Of a DNA stretch of 25,187 nt, positions 9,120 through 17,316 are shown one piece after another (position 1 is the stretch's first letter; every line of letters starts with the position of its first letter). Below the pieces are notes generated by a model. It had not been told where the DNA came from, made no database searches, and worked only from the letters and a program-made list of their open reading frames with translations. This stretch comes from Oculatellaceae cyanobacterium bins.114 (GTDB taxonomy: Bacteria > Cyanobacteriota > Cyanobacteriia > Elainellales > Elainellaceae). The stretch is taken from the NCBI GenBank assembly GCA_033764315.1, contig JANRJA010000124.1:1-25187 (forward strand), given 5' to 3'. The position numbers and the translations under genes are program-made.

Positions 9120-9794
9120 TTAAATTTTGGATGGCAAATGCCATCGCTCTGGTTGAAAATGGTTCAGTGAAGTCAAAATCTCATCGGCTTCTTGTAACAA
9201 GGCTCGATCAACATAGGTTGCAGGAACGGCCACCACTGACATGCCAGCCCGTTTTGCAGCCGTCACTCCAGCGATCGAGTCTTCAAACACTAAACACTGC
9301 TCTGGGGCTGCCCCTAACCGCTCCGCCGCAATCAAAAAACAGTCAGGCTCAGGTTTGCCCTGAGGCGATTTAGGGTCATCACTCAACACCACACACTCAA
9401 ATAGCTTTAGCCACTCGTGATGATGCGTGATTTTTGCTTGAAAGGGTCGCTGAGTCGAACTAGAAGCGATCGCCTGAGGAATGCCATGTTGATGAAAATG
9501 GTGAGTTAACTCCATCGCACCCGCCATCGGACGCGCCAGAGAATACTGATCATAAATCAGAGCATTCTTTTGAGTCACATAGTCCTGCACCGTCAACGGC
9601 AACTCCAACAAATCAATAATAATCCGAGCCGAATCAGCCGCCATCCGACCAATCACTTTGCTTTGAATCGAGGTGTCAAACACCTTGCCATATTGACTGG
9701 CGATCGCTTGATTCACTTGAGCATGAATAAACTCAGTGTCCAGTAACAATCCATCTAAGTCGTAAATGATGTGGGTGATAGTGTAATCAGGCAT
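9120..9794 (-). CDS. HAD-IA family phosphatase (HDHD1/pseudouridine-5'-phosphatase/GPP-like)
   Basis: YDLDGLLLDTE, IASSS, GKPEPDCF, CLVFEDS. Confidence 0.9.
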   Translation of the reverse strand: MPDYTITHIIYDLDGLLLDTEFIHAQVNQAIASQYGKVFDTSIQSKVIGRMAADSARIIIDLLELPLTVQDYVTQKNALIYDQYSLARPMAGAMELTHHFHQHGIPQAIASSSTQRPFQAKITHHHEWLKLFECVVLSDDPKSPQGKPEPDCFLIAAERLGAAPEQCLVFEDSIAGVTAAKRAGMSVVAVPATYVDRALLQEADEILTSLNHFQPERWHLPSKI

Positions 9795-9848
9795 GGGAAA
9801 AAAAGAAGAGAAAAGAGTGAAAAAAAAGAAAGAAGAGTAAAAAAAGGA
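9795..9848. repeat. A/G-rich low-complexity tract abutting the HAD start codon
   Basis: gggaaaaaaagaagagaaaagagtgaaaaaaaagaaagaagag... Confidence 0.7.
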
Positions 9849-9871
9849 CGTGAGTTATGAGTACATTATGT

Positions 9872-10324
9872 CTACAACAAGCAACTAAAACTCCAACCGT
9901 GTTGTTTAAATCCAAGCGACTCATAAAAGGCATGGGCGCGATCGCGCTTCACATTCGATGACAGCGTGACTTTATAACAACCTGCTTCCTGACTTAATTG
10001 CAATGCCTTTTGCATCATTGCTTTACCAATTCCCTGACTGCGATAGTCAGGGTGAACCGTCACCGAATCCAAAATGGCAGATTTGTGAAACCCCCGGTGC
10101 ATCATTGTCGGTGTCAACAATAAACTAAAAGTACCAACAGGTTCTAGATTGGGTTGATCTGCCAGATGTGCAAGATAGATGGAGTAATCAGGAACTCGGG
10201 CGATCGCTGCAAAGATCTCTGCTATTTGAGGCTCAGGCAGTAATGGCTTGTCATCCATCGCCGCATAGAGAAAGTTTAACAGAGGCAGATCGGTGGAGGT
10301 GGCTATGCGATAGACCAGGTTCAT
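9872..10324 (-). CDS. GNAT N-acetyltransferase (PhnO-like by context)
   Basis: VTVHPDYRSQGIGK acetyl-CoA motif, GCYKVTLSSN, AHAFYESLGF; ATGA overlap with the HD gene. Confidence 0.85.
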   Translation of the reverse strand: MNLVYRIATSTDLPLLNFLYAAMDDKPLLPEPQIAEIFAAIARVPDYSIYLAHLADQPNLEPVGTFSLLLTPTMMHRGFHKSAILDSVTVHPDYRSQGIGKAMMQKALQLSQEAGCYKVTLSSNVKRDRAHAFYESLGFKQHGWSFSCLL

Positions 10325-10866
10325 AACAGACACTGCTTGAGAATCGGCACAAAATGCTCTAGGTCAGGTGTTGGAGCTTGAGGAGTCTTAGCGCGATCAT
10401 CCCACACCCGCAACTGTACTGCCTCTTTAGCATAGGGTTGATGAATAAATTCCTCTGCAGCTTCGGGTAAAAATATCCCACCTTGAAGCTCTAAGCTGTG
10501 CTTTGAGACTGGAGAGAGGGAATCCCAATAGGTTGGGTCAACCACACAGAGATATCGTTTTGCCTCGACATGCAACCGAATCGGCTCTGTCACCGCAGGG
10601 CTAAAGAGTGTTTCCAACACTGGAATCGCCCGATATTCGTGGCGATCGTCAATGTTGCGGTCGGCAACATCTTCTCCTAAGTCATGGATGAGATGACCCA
10701 AATCATGCAGTAAACAGGCGGCAATCAGTTCAGCACTGCGATTGGCAGATTCCGCTAATGTGGCACATTGCAGCGCATGTTCCAGTTGGCTCACCGCTTC
10801 ACGACCATATTGTGCACTACCTTTAGTCGTTAGAATATCCAGAATCGTGTTCAGAGAGATGTTCAT
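10321..10866 (-). CDS. phnZ: Phosphonate-degradation HD-domain protein (PhnZ-like)
   Basis: YGREAVSQLEHALQCA, LLHDLGH, DDRHE, IRLHVEAKRYL, WDDRAK. Probable ATG at 10866 after AAAGGA. Confidence 0.8.
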   Translation of the reverse strand: MNISLNTILDILTTKGSAQYGREAVSQLEHALQCATLAESANRSAELIAACLLHDLGHLIHDLGEDVADRNIDDRHEYRAIPVLETLFSPAVTEPIRLHVEAKRYLCVVDPTYWDSLSPVSKHSLELQGGIFLPEAAEEFIHQPYAKEAVQLRVWDDRAKTPQAPTPDLEHFVPILKQCLL

Positions 10867-10917
10867 CGTAGTAGTTCCTTTGGGGAATAGGGAATAGCGG
10901 AGTGGGAAATTTTGAGT

Positions 10918-10967
10918 ATTAACAATTGACCATTGACCATTAACCATTAACCATTAACCATTGACCA
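10918..10967. repeat. Heptamer tandem repeat (STRR-like), ATT(A/G)ACC x7
   Basis: attaaca attgacc attgacc attaacc attaacc attaacc attgacc; overlaps the 2H gene stop. Confidence 0.85.
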
Positions 10968-11489
10968 GCCTTGATGACATGTCCAGGTGTGGTCAATATG
11001 CCGCTGATAAAAGCGCAACTCCCACTGCACGGGCAATTTCATATCAATATACGTATGAGCCAGGTGAGCCAGTTTCTCGGCATGTTCTGAGGCAAGCTCA
11101 TAGGCGAGGCTGAGGTGCAACCAATCCTTCAGTCGTAGCGGTTCCTGTCGAGTAGGAGAAATCGCCAATTGAGCAACGTTAGTGATAACCTGCTTCAACC
11201 AATCAGATTGAAGCTCTAACCCATGCCAGTCTGGGCGAAAGGTCATCCCCGTAATGGTGATCACGGGATCAGGTGGTGGTGGTGCTTGAGTAAGGGATTG
11301 GGCGATCGCCTCTACATAAATTGGGACTGCGGTTTCGTCATCCTTAAAGAAACCAGTCAAGGTGCAATGAGGCATGTAGTTGTGCGCGGCATTGCGACCG
11401 CAGAGGCGGAGGCTGTGTTCAAAATAGCGGTCGAGTTGTTCGGCTAAATCTCCAAGGGGGCAGGCATAGATGATGAATTGGCTGGACAT
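10947..11489 (-). CDS. 2H phosphoesterase superfamily protein (putative cyclic phosphodiesterase)
   Basis: Two H-x-T/S motifs: PHCTL and LHLSL. Confidence 0.8.
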   Translation of the reverse strand: MSSQFIIYACPLGDLAEQLDRYFEHSLRLCGRNAAHNYMPHCTLTGFFKDDETAVPIYVEAIAQSLTQAPPPPDPVITITGMTFRPDWHGLELQSDWLKQVITNVAQLAISPTRQEPLRLKDWLHLSLAYELASEHAEKLAHLAHTYIDMKLPVQWELRFYQRHIDHTWTCHQGWSMVNG

Positions 11490-11548
11490 AACAGGGTGAA
11501 GTTCTTTAAATAGAGCAATTAGGGACTAACCCGTTTTAGAGTAAATTT

Positions 11549-12187
11549 ATGTCTGTTCAATACTTCCAAAAAATTTATCCCAGTGGATACTTATCTCGGC
11601 TTTCAGACTTAATTGAAGAACGCCTCACACCGGGAGCCGATAAAGAGCAAATTGATGCTCGTATTTGGGATTTGTTTGGTGAACACTGGGCAGTGTTATT
11701 CACCGACTTATCAGGGTTTTCGCGATTTGTCGCAGAATTTGGCATCATTCATTTTCTACAAATCATCTATGAATCTCAACGCATCTTTTCTCCGTGTATC
11801 GACAAATACGATGGCATTTTAATCAAGATGGAAGGGGACAGTATGTTGATTCTCTTTCGTCAGCCCATTAAAGCCCTTCAGTGTGCGATCGACATGCAAC
11901 GGACGGCTAAAGCTTACAACCAAGACAGAATTGATGCTGAAAAAATCCTCCTGTGTGTGGGCATTGGCTATGGCAGAATCTTGACGATCGGAGAACAGGA
12001 TGTGTTTGGGGCAGAGGTGAACGCCGCCAGCAAATTGGGTGAAGACACGGCAAAAGCCTGGGAAATTTTAGTCACCGATTCGGTAGCAGAACAGTTGCAA
12101 GGCGTTCCAGATATTGGTTTAGATAGGGTTGAGACGATTCCTCCGGGTGCAAAAGGCGCGTTCAAAGTCAGTTATCTGCTGGATTAG
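11549..12187 (+). CDS. Stand-alone class III adenylate/guanylate cyclase
   Basis: AVLFTDLSGFS, IKMEGDS, VGIGYG, DVFGAEVNAASKL. Confidence 0.88.
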   Translation: MSVQYFQKIYPSGYLSRLSDLIEERLTPGADKEQIDARIWDLFGEHWAVLFTDLSGFSRFVAEFGIIHFLQIIYESQRIFSPCIDKYDGILIKMEGDSMLILFRQPIKALQCAIDMQRTAKAYNQDRIDAEKILLCVGIGYGRILTIGEQDVFGAEVNAASKLGEDTAKAWEILVTDSVAEQLQGVPDIGLDRVETIPPGAKGAFKVSYLLD

Positions 12188-12207
12188 CGATCGCGGCTCT
12201 GAGCCAC

Positions 12208-13374
12208 TCATGACCCATATTTGGCAACCTCCTGTCCTTGGATATAAACCGATGCGATCGCAGACGGCAGTGAACAGGTCGGCTTGACCAGCAGAAAGTC
12301 AGCATCGAGTCCAGTTGTTATGGCACCTTTGCGATCGCCAATACCCGCTGCGTGAGCAGGATGGGTAGACACCATTTGCCAAGCCGTTTCAAAAGGCATT
12401 AAACCAAGGTCTGCCAGTTTAAAGGGTGCGTTGAACAACGAGGGATAGTGATAATCCGAACAGAGGCAATCCACGACACCCGCCTGAGCTGCGTCTGCCA
12501 CACTCATATAGCCGACATGTGACCCACCTCGAACGAGATTAGGAGCACCCATCAATACGGCTGCCCCATAGTCTTGCGATCGCGCCGCCAAAGGAATCGA
12601 TGCTGGAAATTCAGCGATCGCCACTCCTCGTTTTTGACTCAACGCCACATCTGCCTCCGTTTCATCATCGTGTGATGCCACTGGAATCTGGTTTTGATGA
12701 GCGATCGCAACAAGCCGATCGAGTTGTTGCAATCCTTCGTCTTGTTGCTCTACGGCGGCTGTAATGAGTGCTCGAATCTCTGCATCCGACAATTTGACCC
12801 GCTGCCGCAATCCTTTGGTGTAGCGGGCTAGTGTCTCATCGTCTAGTGTAGGAGGCAAGTGATTATTGAGAGATAACAGGTGAATCTTGCCATTCTTTAA
12901 CCAGTCACACAGTTCCTCATGATCAGCCGTATTTCCTTGTTCATGGCGCACATGAATGCGACTATCGACTTGCAATCGAGTGGGGTCGTTCAACACAAGC
13001 TCAATCACCTGGCGTACCGTGTCTCGACTCCGCAAACCCGGTTCAAAAGAATCAGTAATGGAGTAGAAAAAAGTCGTAATACCCGCTGCTAACAGGGTGC
13101 GATCGTTCTCAGCGATCGCCATCTCCAGCGGAAAGCTCACCCCCGGTCGAGGGCAAATCATCCGCTCAAAGGCATCCCCATGAATATCAACAATCCCTGG
13201 CAGCATATTGAATCCCGTCACATCGATCGCCACATAGCCACTGGGTTTGGTTTGTTGATCAACACTGACAAAGCGACCTTGATCGATTAAAACGGTGGCA
13301 TCCGGGAGCCATCCTGTTGGCGTTAAGACGTTTGCGCCTTGCAAAGCAAGTTTGATGGGCGTAGTTTTGTGCAT
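12208..13374 (-). CDS. phnM: Second PhnM-like amidohydrolase (ribose 1-methylphosphonate 5-triphosphate diphosphatase family)
   Basis: LPGIVDIHGDAFER, ASHDD, AEFP, MGAPNLVRGGSH, CSDYHY. Confidence 0.8.
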   Translation of the reverse strand: MHKTTPIKLALQGANVLTPTGWLPDATVLIDQGRFVSVDQQTKPSGYVAIDVTGFNMLPGIVDIHGDAFERMICPRPGVSFPLEMAIAENDRTLLAAGITTFFYSITDSFEPGLRSRDTVRQVIELVLNDPTRLQVDSRIHVRHEQGNTADHEELCDWLKNGKIHLLSLNNHLPPTLDDETLARYTKGLRQRVKLSDAEIRALITAAVEQQDEGLQQLDRLVAIAHQNQIPVASHDDETEADVALSQKRGVAIAEFPASIPLAARSQDYGAAVLMGAPNLVRGGSHVGYMSVADAAQAGVVDCLCSDYHYPSLFNAPFKLADLGLMPFETAWQMVSTHPAHAAGIGDRKGAITTGLDADFLLVKPTCSLPSAIASVYIQGQEVAKYGS

Positions 13375-13383
13375 GATAGATCC

Positions 13384-14520
13384 TTAGGCTACTCGTTGTC
13401 CTGTTCTGACCACTGAGGTTAATCGGGGAACAATGCCATCATCATGAACGGTAATGAAATCAGCTCGTTTACCGACTTCTAAACTACCGCGATCGCCCTC
13501 TAAACCAATAGCCTTAGCTGAATTCAACGTAAATAATTTAGCGGCTTCATAGAGGGGTTTTTGTGTTTGACGAGTGATTAAAAACATCGCTTGTAATAAG
13601 CTTTGGGGTACGTAATCAGACGAAAAAATATCCACTAAATCCAGTTCTGCTAATTCCAATGCAGAGACATTACCAGAATGAGAACCACCTAACACTAGGT
13701 TAGGAGCACCCATCAACACCTGCAACCCATGTTGCCGAGAAGCTTTTGCCGCATCCAATGTGGTGGGAAATTCAGCAATCACCGCTCCATCAGCGATCGC
13801 TTCTTGCACATGCTCTACTGTCGCGTCATCATGACTTGCCAGCGGAATATTTTGAGTTTGCATTAACTCAACTAATCCTCTTCGGTTAAGTTGAACATAG
13901 TTTTGCTGGGCTTCGATGCGAGATTGAATAAACGCATCAATTTCTGCTTCTGAAATTTGATGTTTACCCATGTAATATTCGCGATATTTTTGCACGTTAG
14001 CAAATTGTCGCTGCCCCGGTGTGTGATCCATCAAAGACACTAGGGCTAATAGTGGATGATCAACAAATTCCTCAGTGACCTGACAAACATGCTCATATGC
14101 CAATTCACACCGCAAATGGAGGCGGTGATCTGCACTTAAACGCCCCTGTTCTTGAGCGTCTGTAATGGCATGGATCATGGGTCCAAATTGGGTCAATCGC
14201 ATCGAGGTGGGAGTAATATCTCCAACGGCGATCGCATCACATACAGTCGTCACCCCTGCACTGACTAATTCGCGATCGTGATACACTACGGCTGCTTCAA
14301 AAGGCCATCGCACTTTAGGACGAGGAGAAATGCATTGTTCCAAGTTATCGGTATGCAATTCAATCAATCCGGGTAGAAGGTAGTCGCCTCCCCCGTTTTG
14401 CCCATGAGCCACAACCCCCAACTGAATATCAGCAATCATTCCATTACGAACCACCAACGTACCCAAAATTTCTTGATCGGGGAGTTGCAGGCGATAGTTT
14501 GTGTAAATGTGTTCATTCAT
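13384..14520 (-). CDS. phnM: Ribose 1-methylphosphonate 5-triphosphate diphosphatase
   Basis: LPGLIELHTDNLE, HLRCE, MDHTPGQRQF, ASHDD, SSDYVP. Start at 14520 or 14529. Confidence 0.93.
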   Translation of the reverse strand: MNEHIYTNYRLQLPDQEILGTLVVRNGMIADIQLGVVAHGQNGGGDYLLPGLIELHTDNLEQCISPRPKVRWPFEAAVVYHDRELVSAGVTTVCDAIAVGDITPTSMRLTQFGPMIHAITDAQEQGRLSADHRLHLRCELAYEHVCQVTEEFVDHPLLALVSLMDHTPGQRQFANVQKYREYYMGKHQISEAEIDAFIQSRIEAQQNYVQLNRRGLVELMQTQNIPLASHDDATVEHVQEAIADGAVIAEFPTTLDAAKASRQHGLQVLMGAPNLVLGGSHSGNVSALELAELDLVDIFSSDYVPQSLLQAMFLITRQTQKPLYEAAKLFTLNSAKAIGLEGDRGSLEVGKRADFITVHDDGIVPRLTSVVRTGQRVA

Positions 14521-14546
14521 GTGAGCCATGAGAGTGAGGAATGACC

Positions 14547-15317
14547 TTAATTATCACTACCAAAGATTAACGTTCGATTACAAATGCGATCGCGCACTTC
14601 ATCATCGTGAAAGATGCCAATCATGGCGCATCCTTGGGCTTTACGCTCTTCGATCAACTGCATCACCACCTCTCGATTGGTTGTGTCTAATGCAGAGGTG
14701 GGTTCATCTAATAACAGAATGGGATAGGGCACTGAGAAGGCACGAGCGATATTCACCCGTTGTTTTTCACCTCCTGAAAATGTAGTGGGAGAGAGACTCC
14801 ATAGCGGTTCAGCCAGGTTGAGCCGAGTGAATAATTCTCGAACGCGATCGCGTGCATTTTCAAGTGTCATACCCAACTCCATCAGAGGTTCTGCGGCGAC
14901 ATCTAACGCCGACACACGAGGAATCACTCGCAAGAATTGACTGACATATCCTATTGTTTTTTGTCGCACCTCAATTAACTCATGGGGTTGCAATTGTGGC
15001 AGATCCACCCAATGGTGTTGATGCTTGACCCAAATCGAACCCCGATCAATACGGTAGTTGCCATAGAGCGATCGCATAAAGGTTGATTTACCAGAGCCAG
15101 AGGCACCAACCAAGGCAACACATTCACCGATTGCCACACGTAATGATGTGCCATGCAATACGTCTAGTTGAATGCTTCCCTGAGCGTGTAGCACAAAGCT
15201 TTTGTAAAGGGAGTCAGCATATAACCGAGTGTTGTCATCCAGGTTGAGCAGCGATCGCTTGTTGTCCAGTTGGGTTGGGTCAGGGGCGATCGGAATGATT
15301 AAATTGTTGCTTGCCAT
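14547..15317 (-). CDS. phnL: C-P lyase system ABC ATPase PhnL
   Basis: KSFVLHAQG, YGNY, VSQFLRVIPRV, PTTFSGGEKQRVNIAR. Confidence 0.93.
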   Translation of the reverse strand: MASNNLIIPIAPDPTQLDNKRSLLNLDDNTRLYADSLYKSFVLHAQGSIQLDVLHGTSLRVAIGECVALVGASGSGKSTFMRSLYGNYRIDRGSIWVKHQHHWVDLPQLQPHELIEVRQKTIGYVSQFLRVIPRVSALDVAAEPLMELGMTLENARDRVRELFTRLNLAEPLWSLSPTTFSGGEKQRVNIARAFSVPYPILLLDEPTSALDTTNREVVMQLIEERKAQGCAMIGIFHDDEVRDRICNRTLIFGSDN

Positions 15318-15342
15318 TGTGTTCTTACTTTTCTGCTAAAAG

Positions 15343-15470
15343 TACTGATACCAATTGAAATAGTGACCAATTTGGTTGAACCAAGCCTTGGAGGAAGGTT
15401 CCCCCAAGCCCCCTCCCTGAGGGACGCGTCTCGTCCCTCAGACTCCCTCCGAAGAGGTTTAGGAACAGTA
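15343..15470. mobile_element. Probable MITE/REP-like element between phnK and phnL
   Basis: Imperfect terminal IR TACTGATACCAA / TTAGGAACAGTA; internal perfect hairpin CTGAGGGACG-n5-CGTCCCTCAG. Confidence 0.5.
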
Positions 15471-15569
15471 GTAAGGCGCGCTTCGCATTAGTCCCAAGTG
15501 CGGTTGTCTCTGTTTTTAAGGGAGGCTTGACCATTGACGATGAACCATTGATCAATCAGGATGAATCTC

Positions 15570-16340
15570 TTACGGCACCAACGTTGCATTGACTAATTGC
15601 TGAGTGTAGGGATGCCGTGGGTCGTCTAGCACCTGATCCGTGAGTCCAGCTTCGACTACCTGACCGTGTTGCATCACCAACAACCGATGGGCTAACAACC
15701 GCACGACGCCAATATCATGGGTGACTAAAACGACACTGAGATGCAGGGTTCGCACGAGCGATCGCATCAGGTCTAACAAACGGGCTTGTACGGATACATC
15801 CAATCCTCCGGTCGGTTCATCCATCAAAATCAAACGAGGTTGCGTCACCAGGACTCGCGCCAATTGCAGACGTTGCTGCATTCCCCCCGAAAAAGTAGTG
15901 GGGAGCATATCCATGCGATCGCGCGTGATCTCAACTTGACTGAGCCAGTCGGCTGCTGCACTGCGAATGTTGCCATAGTGTCGAGAACCAACATTCATCA
16001 GTCGTTCGGCGATATTGGCTCCAGCTGTGACATTCATCCGCAACCCATCTCTGGGGTTCTGATGCACAAAGCCCCATTCGGTTCGCAATAGCGATCGCCG
16101 CTGTGATTCAGCAATGGTTCTCAAATCCAGCAGTGACCCAGATGAACAACGATAAGTTAACTGTCCGTCGTCAATCGGCAGGTTTCCGGCGATCGCGTGT
16201 AACAGCGTCGATTTACCCGATCCTGATTCGCCAATCACACCCAGCACTTGCCCCGGATAGAGGTCAAAGGAGATGCGATCGCAGGCTTGAATCGTGCCGT
16301 AGGTTTTGCTGAGATTGTTAACAATGAGTAGAGGTTGCAT
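15570..16340 (-). CDS. phnK: C-P lyase system protein PhnK
   Basis: GESGSGKST, RTEWGFVHQNPRDGL, FSGGMQQRLQ, LTDQVLDDP. ATG at 16340 overlaps the end of phnJ. Confidence 0.95.
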   Translation of the reverse strand: MQPLLIVNNLSKTYGTIQACDRISFDLYPGQVLGVIGESGSGKSTLLHAIAGNLPIDDGQLTYRCSSGSLLDLRTIAESQRRSLLRTEWGFVHQNPRDGLRMNVTAGANIAERLMNVGSRHYGNIRSAAADWLSQVEITRDRMDMLPTTFSGGMQQRLQLARVLVTQPRLILMDEPTGGLDVSVQARLLDLMRSLVRTLHLSVVLVTHDIGVVRLLAHRLLVMQHGQVVEAGLTDQVLDDPRHPYTQQLVNATLVP

Positions 16341-17316
16341 CTGCCTGTCTCTGATTACAGTAATGAGTATCTGAACAAATCCACATGCGATCGCCCTGGT
16401 CATTGGTGACCACTTCGTCTAAATAGCTCTCAGTGGAACCGCAAAATTCGCAAGCTTTATCCCATTTCTCAACGGTGAAGGGGTGATCTTCAAAGTCTAG
16501 ACTCTTAACCTTGGTGTAGGGTGGAACAGCATAGATCCGTTTTTCTCGTCCGGCTCCAAACAATTGCAGCGCAGGACTCATATCCAGTTTGGGGTTATCA
16601 AACCGAGGAATCGGGCTGGGACGCATCATGTAGCGATCGTGCACCATCACGGGGTAATCGTAAGCAGTGGCAATCTGCCCAAACTGAGTGATGTCTTCAT
16701 ACAGCCGGACATACATCGAACCGTACTCTTCTAGCGCGTGCATTTTGCGAGTTTCAACTTCAGAGGGTTCAATCCACCGCAACGGCTCTGGAATGGGTAC
16801 TTGATACACCATGATTTGCCCCTCCTGTAGAGGCGTTTCGGGAATGCGGTGGCGTGTTTGAATCAGAGTGGCTTGCTCTGTTTGTTCGGTCGTCTCAACC
16901 CCACACACTTTCTTAAAGAAACGTCGAATGTTCACCGCATTCGTGGTGTCATCTGCGCCTTGATCAATCACCTTCAACACATCGTCTTGCCCAATCACCG
17001 ATGCAGTGACTTGAATCCCTCCAGTGCCCCACCCATAAGACATCGGCATCTCACGAGAACTAAAAGGGATCTGGTGTCCTGGAATGGCAACCGCTTTGAG
17101 CAACGCCCGTCGAATCGATCGCTTGGTTTGTTCGTCGAGGTAGGCAAAGTTGAAACCCAGTTCGATCGGGTTGAGTTGAGAAGAGACGCGATTAATCGCG
17201 TCTGTATTGGATAAGTGTTGAGAAGAGATATGATTAATCGCATCTGTACTGGATGAGTGCTGACGATTAATCGCGTCTGTACTGGATGAGTGCTGAGTGA
17301 GAGGGATATCTGTCAT
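16318..17316 (-). CDS. phnJ: Radical SAM C-P lyase PhnJ
   Basis: FNFAYLDEQTKR, GWGTGG, KVIDQGADD, CEFC...CSDTHYC. Confidence 0.96.
   Translation of the reverse strand: MTDIPLTQHSSSTDAINRQHSSSTDAINHISSQHLSNTDAINRVSSQLNPIELGFNFAYLDEQTKRSIRRALLKAVAIPGHQIPFSSREMPMSYGWGTGGIQVTASVIGQDDVLKVIDQGADDTTNAVNIRRFFKKVCGVETTEQTEQATLIQTRHRIPETPLQEGQIMVYQVPIPEPLRWIEPSEVETRKMHALEEYGSMYVRLYEDITQFGQIATAYDYPVMVHDRYMMRPSPIPRFDNPKLDMSPALQLFGAGREKRIYAVPPYTKVKSLDFEDHPFTVEKWDKACEFCGSTESYLDEVVTNDQGDRMWICSDTHYCNQRQADATSTHC
17175..17295. repeat. Three REP-like palindromic units inside the 5' end of phnJ
   Basis: Perfect palindrome AGACGCGATTAATCGCGTCT (17184-17203) plus two degenerate copies; translated as QHxSxTDAIN three times. 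Confidence 0.85.

Noticed and set aside
9120-9794. HAD gene as phnX phosphonatase
   Set aside because: Motif I is DLDGLL rather than the PhnX-type DWAGT.
10867-10947. N-terminal extension MVNGQWSIVN... of the HD protein
   Set aside because: Translation of the heptamer repeat; ATG 10866 has an RBS and fits the family start.
15325-15555. 76-aa ORF between phnK and phnL
   Set aside because: Runs through the hairpin element and has no recognisable motif.
16341-16403. Longer phnK start
   Set aside because: Lies inside phnJ; the family-like sequence begins at MQPLL (16340).
17175-17295. Possible CRISPR array
   Set aside because: The intervening sequences are near-identical, the array is inside a CDS and no cas genes are present.
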